Source: Pseudogymnoascus verrucosus (Eukaryota). From it: 64,000 nt of DNA. Positions within the stretch are counted from its first letter, which is position 1. The number at the start of each line of letters is the position of its first letter. Shown here piece by piece: positions 11,061 through 21,649 of the stretch. The notes beneath the pieces are model-generated. The model made no database searches. It was not told where the DNA came from and saw only the letters and a list, made by a program, of their open reading frames with translations. The stretch lies in NCBI GenBank assembly GCA_001662655.1, contig KV460218.1; one strand, given 5' to 3'. The translations under genes were made by a program, and so were the position numbers.

Positions 11061-11331
11061 GCTCACCCTCGTTCACCCTCGCTAACCCTCGCTCACCCTG
11101 CTCACCTTCGCTCACCTAGGTACCGGATTATCCATGGCCATCTAAAGTCGCGGTGCATCGCGTTCATCGCGTTCATCGCGTCTTAATACAAGACCCACTT
11201 CGTGCGTGTCGACGTGGCCGCCATTAGGTAGCTGAGGGGGACAACCGGATTATCGTGAGGCATCAAAAACTTGAGGGCAGCGACGCTCACCCGCTAGTCT
11301 AAATGGCACCGTCCTGAGTATTAATCCACTT
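11061..11331 (-). repeat. Element right-end module (GCTCACCCT array 11061-11117, CATCGCGTT x3, ACCGGATTATC x2, TIR 11292-11330)
   Basis: Reverse complement of the left-end GGGTGAGC(A/G) array; the terminal 39 bp are an imperfect inverted match to 6006-6044. Confidence 0.75.
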
Positions 11332-11397
11332 CAAGCTTGAGATCGGTGGATTAGTAGTTGGGTGGGTGACCACCAGCGAATACCCACTGTTGTATGT
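11332..11397 (+). rRNA. 5S rRNA gene, 3' half, followed by a Pol III T-tract
   Basis: CAAGCTTGAGATCGGTGGATTAGTAGTTGGGTGGGTGACCACCAGCGAATACCCACTGTTGTATGT then TTTT. Confidence 0.9.
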
Positions 11398-11504
11398 TTT
11401 TGATTGTATTTTTTTTGCCATTTTTGTATGTTAAATTTTGGGGCCACTGACGCTTGACGTGTGCTTGGGAGAAAGGTGGGGGGACGGGGCTAGGTTGTTG
11501 TGTG

Positions 11505-11670
11505 TGGCCGCTACTCAATAAGGGCGCTAACGTCAACGCGCTCCAGTCAGCTTCGGCTCTAGGCCACAAGCAGGTTGTGAAGTTGCTTCTCGACAAGGGC
11601 GCTGAGGTCAACCAGCACGCAAGATGAGGAATATGATAGCGCGCCTAACGCAGCATTAGGAGGGCACAAC
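11505..11670 (+). pseudogene. Ankyrin-repeat fragment (NACHT-ANK-type repeats)
   Basis: Translates LLNKGANVNALQSASALGHKQVVKLLLDKGAEVN; no start codon and no flanking domains. Confidence 0.7.
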
Positions 11671-11724
11671 CGATTCTCAAGAACTGAGACCCCGTCTACA
11701 CTTCGAAGTCTTCGTATCTGAATG

Positions 11725-11897
11725 ATAGACATAGCGTGGAATCTGTGCCCCTTGCCGCCTTATGGGGTGAAGCGAGGGTGAGCATGGTAAGCAGGGTGAG
11801 CAGGGTAAGCACGGTGAGCAGAGTAAGCAGGGTGAGCGGGGTGAGGCGACGCAACATTCTCGTGTCAACTTCGTGACTCGCGTCAATCTCGTAATAG
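11725..11897 (+). mobile_element. Orphan element left-end module L4 (5'-truncated, no adjacent 5S half)
   Basis: ATAGACATAGCGTGGAATCTGTGCCCCTTGCCGCCTTATGGGGTGAAGCGAGGGTGAGCA... closely matches 6033-6194. Confidence 0.8.
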
Positions 11898-12269
11898 ATC
11901 CGTCGAAAGGTGTTGTCGCTAGCAATTCCCCATATCCCGACGTAGTCTTTTCAATTTCTACAGAGAAATTTATCTGCGACAAGAGGGAGCCATGGCGCCT
12001 GAATCTCCTCTGGGCGAGTCAGTGATCTCTGGACCTTTCAGCTTGTACGAGGGGAGTTTCATTTTAGAGTTTTTGGAGCCACATCCCTCGAGAGATGCAA
12101 CGTGAGTCGCAAAGCCAACAAAGCTAAGAACACCCGCTCAAAACTCTTTGCTAACCTTGATCTAGAGTTCTGATAAGAGCAACGTACAAACACGACCACC
12201 CTCTCTGCAAACAAGGCAAAGGTCATCCTCAGGTAGGTAGATACCTTAAGACGGATATCCTATCCCGTT

Positions 12270-12867
12270 TCCATGTGACATCCACCAACAAGAAATTCAG
12301 GCACCGCCTCTCCACCTCCATTTCAATCAATCAGAGACTTTCCAGGTCCTCCAAGGCCAAGTAGCCACCGTCGAGGGATGGTCTGTAACCACGAAGGTCT
12401 ATACCCGAGAGGACGGGCCGCATGAGATCAAGCCATGGGTACCTCATAGCTTTAACCCCGTGTCAGATAGCCCTGAAGATACCGTCCTGCTGGTCTGGGC
12501 GCACCCTGACGACGTCGATGAGATGATGGACAGAGTCTTCTTTACAAACTTGCTGATGTACGTCAGCGACGTGCATGAGAAGAAGGTTTCGCTAAACCCG
12601 TTCCAGATCATGCTAACCCAGTGAGTTCTCCCCTCGCCGAAATGCAAGATTAGGGCCTGAAAACTTACTCTTGCTAGGCATGTTTCTGCCACTGCCATGG
12701 TATGGTTTCCTACCGCGACGTGGCTGGGCCCGCTGCGCTGGTGGGTACCGTGGAAGGTGCAAGCCTTGTTTGCTGCGGCAGGGAGATTGATGGGGTTGAC
12801 CCCTATGATGAAGAGGTATACCTCGGATGAAGAGTTTGCAGAGATTCAGAAGACGAAGAGGACTTGA
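12270..12867 (+). pseudogene. Cupin-domain protein, 5' end missing or frameshifted; one intron
   Basis: QAPPLHLHFNQSETFQVLQG...HEIKPWVPHSF cupin motifs; intron GTGAGT..CTAG at about 12621-12677; stop at 12865-12867; no clear in-frame ATG. Confidence 0.6.
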
Positions 12868-13149
12868 AGGGTCGTTCTATGAAGGGTCGTTCTATACCTA
12901 AGAAAACGTGTCGATCCCGTAGATACATCGTTTGTAATTCCAGATTCTTGACGCTATGCAGGAGCTGGATTCCATCTTACATGCTTTACCTTTGAGTTTA
13001 TATTTCTATTTTATATAATGCTTCTAGATATGGTTCCATTGCAGTGTATTAGAGAAGTAGCAGGTACCGCTAGCGACATACTATCTATTTACAAGCGTCA
13101 CGGCGCCCATAGGTTACAACCTTCTCTCTTGTATTGTACTTATTGATCT

Positions 13150-13367
13150 TAGATTCCCATATACGGACTGGAGGTGCCATCGGCTCGAATCTTCAAAAGA
13201 CACAATGTCCAAAACTCACAGGTTCTGTGAATTCGAATTGTATTGCTGCATCGTTGCTACTCCATCTTACACCACAGTCATCAGCCTACATGGCTAACGT
13301 CTGGAAGTGGGTTGCTGACCATGACCTGGATATTAATACTCAAGATCAAATCTTAAACTTGGAGTAG
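13150..13367 (+). pseudogene. GH55 exo-beta-1,3-glucanase (pectin-lyase fold) fragment
   Basis: DSHIRTGGAIGSNLQ..CPK..CIAASLLLHLTPQSSAYMANVWKWVADHDLD is a characteristic GH55 C-terminal segment; isolated from the rest of the gene. Confidence 0.7.
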
Positions 13368-13507
13368 CTAGGACTAGTAGCACGTAGCACGTGGCACTAT
13401 GTTATTCATAGTTTCCTCAACTTCCCAATGGCCAAATGACTTGTTTACATGTGAGCCTAGATAAATATTAAGAAACAGATCTTGTTAATATTACACTAGG
13501 ACAATAC

Positions 13508-15060
13508 TTAAAATAATTCCATCTTCCTTAGAGGCATCCCCTCCTTATCCCAGGTTTCAGGAAGGAAATTCTCCCCAATGACCCCCAAACATGTACTAGT
13601 TTTAGAATTATAGATGTCATCAACAAGGGACGAGTCGACATCTAGAAGCTCTCTTGGAAAACGATCTGTTTTTCTTGTAGCAAATCTTGCGACCTCCTTT
13701 CGAGCTTCCTCGTGGCGAGATTTTATTTCTAAGGCCTGATTTTCTTGGCACCCACCTGCACCATAGGTAATGCGACGGTGGCTCTTTTCAACAAGTGCGC
13801 GAGTAATGACCATCTCTTCAAGTTTTGTAATATCGCGTACTAACGTGAAGAGCGTCTCAAAATGGGCCTGGATGAGAATCATATAGTTAAACCGCATTGT
13901 CTTCAGCGTCTTGCTATGCCGCCTGAGGAAGCTTTCTACGCTGTCAAGCGTGATAGTGCACCATTCCAGATCAATACTCTCCAATTGATCACTTGATATT
14001 GCATCCAAGATAGGAGAAAGTTCCAAGGGGGAAGTCTCCATGCTCTCCTTGGTATATATTCGTAGATGTCGCAAATGTGGAAGGCCACTAAGGAGCAAAG
14101 CGGCAAGGTTTTCGCGGTGGATATCGGTAAACCCAGGCCTATTCCAAGTCCTAGTTCGCATTGGAAGGGTTAGAGAAGAAAGGTTTCGAAGAGCGGGGAG
14201 AGATGCTTTAATGATGCTAGGGTCCAGTGTGGTAAAGTCGTCGACTTGGTAGAAGAATTCATTTTCTTTGAGTACTAGAGTAGAAAGGCTAGGAATCGTT
14301 GTTCTTGCTGCAGCTTGCAGAAACCTGTCGAGGGCACGGCCATTCTTGAAGGGATCTGGTTCTAAAATTTGAATTTTGACTATTGCGTTGACACTTGTCT
14401 TCCTAGCATATTCGCTCCAGTTGCACAACTGGACCTCAGTCAAACTAGTAAGCCTCTGGAGTAGCGCTGAAAGGATATCGATATCCGTCTTCTCATTGAT
14501 AAATTTGTTATACTCCTCAATGATTCGGCCATGTTCTTTGTATGCGCCAAACAGAGTCTCGGGTGTCCAGCCGAGCTGTTTAAGGCCGTCTGAAATCGCG
14601 GTCTCCGGAAAATCAGCCACAGTTGCACTCTGAAAGGCCTCACTAGTAATTGTTGAGCGGTCTACACCTCGGATAATACCTTGCGCGTAGCGAAATCCCG
14701 GTTGATGCTGAGCACTAAAAGTACTGAGGAATCCTCGTGGTTTTGGAGCTCCGGTTTGTAACATGCCATCCTGAATCAACAGAGTTGTCACATGCCGGCT
14801 GAGGCGAGCAGATTCCGAGATTGTGGCGAGTCTGATACATTGTTAAGAGGGTAATTGCAAGTATGATATAAGGGAGTAAGGGAGGTAGCGTACCTGTCAA
14901 GGTCTTCCGGGCCTAGCCAGAACGCGAGGCAAGAAAAGAACAGTGGTGTCACGCGGGCGTCAAGCTCCTTACACACAAGTGAGAGCGCTTTGAGGTCTGA
15001 AGTGGGAAGCTCTGAGAAGATTTGTTGAATGACTTCGTTTGGAAGTTTCTGGAAATACAT
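13508..15060 (-). CDS. F-box protein with LRR-like C-terminus; 2 exons
   Basis: MYFQKLPNEVIQQIFSELPTSDLKALSLVCK F-box; intron 14893-14832 (GTACGC..CAG) joins it in frame to the 427-aa ORF. Confidence 0.8.
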
Positions 15061-15263
15061 GTTCGTTGAGTTGTAGGTTATGGTTAACACTTGCTTGTGT
15101 TGAAGTGATGTCTCTTATTATATGGAAACACTCCTTAGCCATCCCTAGCCAAGAACTCTGCGTTTCGGGTAAGAGGAAAATGTACTATACTTCTTTCAGA
15201 CTAGTTTATTATCTACTAGCCTGTTGTTAATTGTGTATTAGTTACCTACCTAGGTAGGTCTCA

Positions 15264-16695
15264 TCATATAAAAAAGGCTTCCATATCTCGCTCCCTCTCC
15301 CCCATAAACTCAAACGCTTTCCACTCCATATTCTCCCCGTCCCCGCCCACAAGATCCTCAAACGCCCTAATGATTTCATCTTCCGGCCTCCAGTCCTCAC
15401 CAACTTGCCATGTGACTTTCCCTTTCCCATCTCCTTTAGGCGCATCGTATCTCACCCCCCATCGGAACAAAATGGTCTCCTTATCATCAATCGAAGGAGG
15501 CGCGTCATCACTCCCTTCATACTCTTGAGCCCGCTCTTCAGAGGGTCGCCAGGTAAGCCACGTGAACAGCTCAGCGTCTTGAAGGGAGGGCATCTTTTGT
15601 TGTTGGAGAGACGAGGCAAACGCTAAGAGCAAAGTGTTAATGCGCTCTGCAATAGGGAGCGTACGGAACATGTCAGGTTGGCGGTGGTCGTATATGTCCT
15701 CATCGCCCCTCTACCTTAAGGTGCTGCATTTGTGGCCATGATAAACCGTCACCACTAGAAGGGAAAAGATCTGGGGTGATGAGCGCGCAGATGTCTAGCT
15801 CCTCTAGGCGACTCCCTAGGTCCCGCAGCCCAAGAGACACAGGGTCTATGCCATCAAACTCGTTAGTCGATAACGGCGACGACAACGCTCTAACAAGGTC
15901 AGGCATCTGCGCCGCTTAGTCCGCCTCGTCCCCGCGGGGGTTAGGTGTCCAGAACCAGAGACGGACTTTAGTGAGGGAGGGTGGCAACAAGGGCATGACA
16001 TGGCACACACCCCGCCCGAACTCAGCGCGTTCATCGCGCCAAGGCCCTTCCTAAACGCGGGCAAATCTGCGTAGCGCCTGGGATGTGAAGGTAATGGGAA
16101 GGCGCTCCTATAGACAGGGGCAGTTCAGCTCGCGAAGGTGAGGGAGGCGGGTGGCGAGTTCGAGGAGCGTTCTCAAGGAGACAGGCCGCATGTTGGCCAT
16201 ATCCGAGGAGTAAGCTTGGTAGGGGACAACGCGTAGTTGGGTGCCGCGGTTTAATAGAGGTAGGCTATCCGGATTCTTAACGGTGAGGCGGCGGGTGTGG
16301 AAGGTACGGTGCCAGCAGTCTAGGTAGATGTCGAAAGACTGATCGACGATGCGGATGACGACAGGCTGAAGGTTTTCGTCTCGGCGAATAAGGTCCAGCT
16401 CGTCAGAGGACTGTTTGTCTGCCATGTCCTCGAGGATGTGCACTGCATTGAAAAAGGCATGCACTTGGGCTGAAAAGTGGGCGTTGACGGCCTTGAACTC
16501 GGCGACCGGCTCCCTGCACGCGAGGGGCGCGCTAGGTAGGTTGAGAAGCAGGGGCATTTCAGCGTCGAGATCGAACGAGTCCGTGCCGACGTAGAGGCGT
16601 GGTATGCGCGCGTTATAGGCGCGGATGCCTTCGAGGAGGGAGTTGAGGATGGCGTCTTGGGAGGGCGGCGTGGCTAGGATGTGTTGGGACGCCAT
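15264..16695 (-). pseudogene. Inactivated fungal hypothetical-protein gene (LRR/F-box-associated type)
   Basis: Reading frame continues through three in-frame stops (CPCL*ER, ARV*EGPW, EAD*AAQMPDL) consistent with TGG>TAG and CAA>TAA, plus a frame break near 15700. Confidence 0.7.
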
Positions 16696-17305
16696 CGTGA
16701 TTATCTCGGTACTCCGTACCGTCACGATGACTGACAGGTGTTATGTGATAGTATCTATTAGAGAGAAATTAGGTTGTGATTAAGTATGCAAAGGGAAGAA
16801 AGAGTCCCGGCTAAGATCAAGTTTACGCCAGCTGTAACTTATCTAATGGGACCCATTCTTAGAGTCCTAGCTAATATTAACACCACGTCTTTTGTCCCTC
16901 TGTGACACTATGTTCCCATAGCAACGGAAACGTTGTCAGGCCGTGGACTCGCTGTGGACCGGCAGATCATGTTAACGGTGAGAGCTGTGAGTGATGACAG
17001 TTTTGATCGGTGACAGTTGACTGGTGACAGCATTTGACCGGTGACAGCTTTTACCCAAACAAGATGACTTATGGACTGCACAATTAGTCCCACGAGCTCA
17101 CGTTCCGCCTCCTCCTCCTGACGCACCTGCTCGCAGAAAGCGTAGGCCTGATCGTACAAATCCTCAGGAATGCCGAACGCACAAAGGATCCAAACCAACA
17201 CCAGACATGTTATATATAGACCAGCACAGTTCCAACGATTCTATTCTCCAGTAAACCAGAATTATCTAGATTCACTCTCCCCTAACTAACCCCCCTCCAC
17301 CCCAC

Positions 17306-18067
17306 TCACTCCGCCTTCCCCCCCTCCGGCCACGTCAACACATACCCAAAAACCGTCTTCCTAACCTCCTCATCCCCCCTATCCTCCTCAAACATCACCC
17401 TCTCCATCTTCTCCTCCGACACCTTCTCCACCACCAACCCCGCCCCCCTCGCCCCCTCAAAAAACGCCATATCCGCCTCAAACAACCACGGTCTATACGG
17501 CGTGAAAAACACCAGCGCCTTCCCATCCCTCTTCAACATTTCCACAACACTCGCTATCAACTTCGCATGCTCGCTGTGGTTGAACAGTAAATCCGCCAAG
17601 ATCAAGATATCGAACTTCCCCCCTTCTTCCGCTGGCAGATGCGCGACCAACGGGCTCGAATCAGCACCCCAAAGGTACCCCTCTGCCACGACCTCCCCAG
17701 CACCCTCGCAATGCTCGATATTCCAGCGTAAATTCTCAATAAGGCTATTATCCGGATAATCCGTCACCACCACCCTTTTCGCGCCCAGCCTCCCAGCAAC
17801 AAGACTAGGCAGCCCCGCCCCAGCACCGAGCTCGAGAACAGTCTTCCCTGCGACGAGAGAGGGCGTGGTCTCGAGGTAGGTGGAAACGACGCGCGCGCCG
17901 TTCCAGAGGTGGTGGCCCCAGAGCGGGTTGTGCCCGACGAGGCGGAGGGTGAGGTCGCCGGCGGGGGTGGGGTAGGAGAGTGTGGTGGGTGGGGGGGAGG
18001 GGGGGTAGAAGTCGGGGGGGTCGGCGAAGAGGTCGTGGGTGTCGTCGCCTGAGTCGGAGGAGGGCAT
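17306..18067 (-). CDS. EFM7: Protein N-terminal/lysine methyltransferase (Efm7/Nnt1 family)
   Basis: LRLVGHNPLWGHHLWNGA, VLELGAGAGLPSL, VVVTDYPD, LADLLFNHSEH, FFTPYRPWL. Confidence 0.9.
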   Translation of the reverse strand: MPSSDSGDDTHDLFADPPDFYPPSPPPTTLSYPTPAGDLTLRLVGHNPLWGHHLWNGARVVSTYLETTPSLVAGKTVLELGAGAGLPSLVAGRLGAKRVVVTDYPDNSLIENLRWNIEHCEGAGEVVAEGYLWGADSSPLVAHLPAEEGGKFDILILADLLFNHSEHAKLIASVVEMLKRDGKALVFFTPYRPWLFEADMAFFEGARGAGLVVEKVSEEKMERVMFEEDRGDEEVRKTVFGYVLTWPEGGKAE

Positions 18068-20054
18068 GGTGGTGGTTTGGTGGGGGGTCTGGGAGGCGTT
18101 AGTTTGTGTTTCAGGGAGGATGAAAGGCTTGGGAGCTGCGCTGGGAGAGGGGATATGGCTTGGAATGTCTAGATAGGTCTGTGATATGCCTCTGATCTCT
18201 CATGGCGGGGTATGCCCCTGGGGGACGAGGGGAAAACACGTGACTTTGGAGGGGTAGAAGAAATTTTGCACCTACGTTGTCGGGACCGGTTTGCGGTATA
18301 CTCGTGTCAGATCTGGGGAGTATATGAGCCCTGATTCTCGAATTCGATATTTGCCTGTATATACACCGTATCTGCGTATATATGGCAGCCCTCTTTCCGA
18401 TTCTGGTACTGTTTTCTGCAAGAGGTAAGAATCTGTCGATATAATGTCACGTGCAGCCTTCGGTAATTGACAAGGCTGAAGATTGTTTGTTTGTTAGAAG
18501 GAGGGGTCGTTGGTCGTCGGTTTGTATGGGTTCCTTGTACCTGTACATATATAACTGTACGTATGGGTACTTACAACCACCACCAACAGCATCATTCGAC
18601 TTTCTGCCCTGCACCTCAGGCACTGTGCGATCCTTCCTCAATCTCAGCTTTCTTCTCTCTCTCCCTCTATCTAATGCATACATGGGCATTTTATCCATAT
18701 TAAGAGGCTCCTCCTCCTATAGTATCCAGCTTTCGTTGGTAAATATTGATAGTATTGATATTGATAGTACTACGATTTTATATCTTAACCCTTCATATTC
18801 CAATCAATGTACCACCAGCTCGGTTCTATACGTACGAGGTACTTCCAGTCTAATCCAGTCTCGCTCCTCCGTCCCTTCTTGCCACCACACACCACACTCC
18901 GGCCCTTGTTCCTTAACCTAAATTCCTCCAACCCACCAATCAAAAAAACCTGCTCAAAGTTTCAAAGCGGAAACGTCACGGCTGCGCTATCAAATGGAGC
19001 GACGACTAACTGAACGCCATGAGACCGGGAGAACAGAAGGAGGAAAAGCGAAGCCAGACAAGACAGGCCTGAAGACCTGAAGACCCTACGACCACAGGAG
19101 AGACAGACAAGAGGCGCTGACGACCGTCGATCATCCCACGTTGTTGATAGCCCGCAATTGGAAGACGACGAGAGAGGAATCCCGTACGCCGGCTAGGCGC
19201 ATACATCCCTACGTTGGACGGGGAATACAAACAAGGGCTAGCCCACAGAGAGGCCTTCAAGGTTACATACCTGCATATCTTCGTACTCGGGGAAGAAGCT
19301 GCATTCGCCTGAAATCTTTGTTGGCGCAAAGCTCACCGCATGAAGCCGGGTGCCGCGAATCTGATATAGCTCCTCTGACTTTGAATATACGCCCTAGGCA
19401 TCCCGCGGAGGGTCTACACGCTGCTCACCTTCCCCACCACCCCACTCACTAAGTATCACGACACCATCTCCAAATCTGGGTGCAAACGCCTCTTTGACCT
19501 CTTCGTTTCCTTTGCAACCTCGAAACCCCCGCCTACCCACGCCTCGGCCAGGATTCTCAACCCCCCACCTCCCTCCACCAACACAACAAGCCTTGGTGGC
19601 TGGAGCGTATGACAGTTCAGGTAAGTCAGCATTCTTCAGGCCGACCCTGCCGCTTACCCCATTCCTTCACTCATAACTAATTGGTGAAAAAGACATAATC
19701 CGCTCAATCCCCCGCACGCTCGTTACCCGACCCCCAACGATCGCGACTCCAGCAACGGACCTCCAATCGAGCCAAGCGCGAACAATAGGCCTCAATCCTC
19801 ACCGATAGCTACTTCCGAAGAACGATCAGACTACTACATCCAAATCCCTGGCACTGGAAAGCCAAGCCCCGTCGCAATCAACCCTCGACGAAAGCCGGTG
19901 CGACTGCCGCATGCGCTTTTCCGCGCTGTTCCGCAACAGGCCTGGAGACGAGAGATAGACGCTGCTCTGGAAAGTGGTACCGCGCATACGACGCGGCAAC
20001 ACCTGACGGGTTTTCGCTGCCGCATAGGGCCATATTGCTCATAATACCCTCAAA

Positions 20055-21649
20055 ATGCCGATCATAAACGGCATGAAGATGGCCTGGTATGATATATACC
20101 TTACCCCCGGCGCGCACGGAAGCTGACGTCCGTATTTAGTGAGCCATGCATTCGAGGCCATCGCTCTACGAAATGTACGCACGCGAGCGAACGCCTGATG
20201 GTGCCGGTCAAGAAGCCTGGCCGACCACTGACAGCATGTCCGCATTTACAGCCATCAAGCTGCGGATGCTCGAGCGTCACCGCCGCCATTCCTCGGAAAT
20301 CGCAGTGTGGGTGTGGACCAGGGAGCAAGACGGCCAAGACAGCGGTCAAGACGGAACCGCAACCTGTCGATTCGCCGATAACTGAATCGCCATCACCGGT
20401 TGCGCGCGACTTCAAGATCAAGAAGACGACGTCGAAAACAAAGAGCCGGAAACAGTCCTATGACGCCTCCGTGCTCAACAGGGTAGACCCGAACAGTGTC
20501 AATGTCGTCCCGTTCACCCCGAGACCTCAACAACTTATCGCACCGGCACTTCCAAATGAAGCAAAATCTGCGGCACCACTCGCGCCCTACACGAACGGAA
20601 ACCAAAACCATACATACCAACAGACACAACCTCCTCTACCTTACAACACCGACTCGCCATATGTACCAGTTAACGGGAACGGAGTCTATCCAGGTCTGAA
20701 CGGCAACGGCGTGAACCACCCATTCATACCACTCGACCAACTGCCAGGCACCATGCTCAGCTCCCGTTCAAACTCAACCGGATCGTCCTACGGCACCCCA
20801 GCAAACGGCGTCAAACTCGAAAACGAAACGCACGAATCCGAAATACCCCAGAGCAGCTGCTGCTCGAAACCCGCCACCTCCGCCCCCCTCGACGGCATGA
20901 TCTTCGCCAACGGCACCCCCCTCACCACAATGCCAAACTACACCTACGTCCCCACCTACCCCCTCCCCGCCCCTCTCTACCCCTACCCCCAACCAACCCT
21001 CTTCGCCTACCCCCCCTCCTACGGCTCCCACAACAACCCCCTCCAACCCGCCTCCTGGCGCCAAAACATTTACGCCGCCCCGCCCGACATCCCGTTATAC
21101 CCCCTCCAACCCGACCTCAACATGGCCCTCCACAGCTGCGGCTGCGGCCCAACATGCCAATGCGTCGGATGCGCTGCTCACCCCTACAATGACGCGACGC
21201 AGGAGTACGTGCGCTCCGCGTACGCCGAGCCCGTCTCCCCGCCCGACGCATACGGTGTCGTCTACCCGCCCGTATTCCCCGGCGACGATAGCGCAACGGT
21301 GCTAGAGCACGGCGCGAGCGCGAAGGAGAGCCCGAGTGAGGGGGGGTCAATGGCAGAGGACCAGGCGCTGTCGCCGAGTGATTTCTTCTTTGTGAGTTAT
21401 CCGCTTAGTGGGGAGGGGTGTGGGGGGGACACGACGAGTTGTCCGTGTGGCGATGGGTGTCAGTGTCTCGGTTGTACGATTCATGCGCTTGATGAGGTTG
21501 GGGAGGCGGTGGGGATGGCGCGGGGGGAGGGGGTAGTGGGACCGACTGTACCTGTACCTGCGCAGGTGGTGGAGAAGGAGACGGTGGAGGTGGAGGTGCC
21601 TCCTGTGGAGGGGGAGAAGGGGGAGAAGAAGAGTTGTTGTTGTGGATAG
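20055..21649 (+). CDS. Copper-fist transcription factor (Ace1/Mac1 family)
   Basis: Spliced N-terminus MPIINGMKMAC|EPCIRGHRSTKCTH...KKPGRP; Cys-rich motifs CGCGPTCQCVGCAAHP and CPCGDGCQCLGCTIH; C-terminal SCCCG. Confidence 0.88.

Larger units (their letters stand above)
6000..11331. mobile_element. ~5.3 kb non-autonomous element inserted in a 5S rRNA gene (Starship-like), cargo MFS + bZIP
   Basis: Flanked by complementary 5S halves and CAAGCTTG direct repeats (5992-5999, 11332-11339); imperfect TIR 6006-6044 vs 11292-11330 (27/39 ungapped by my count); inverted GGGTGAGCA and GCTCACCCT arrays. Confidence 0.8.
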
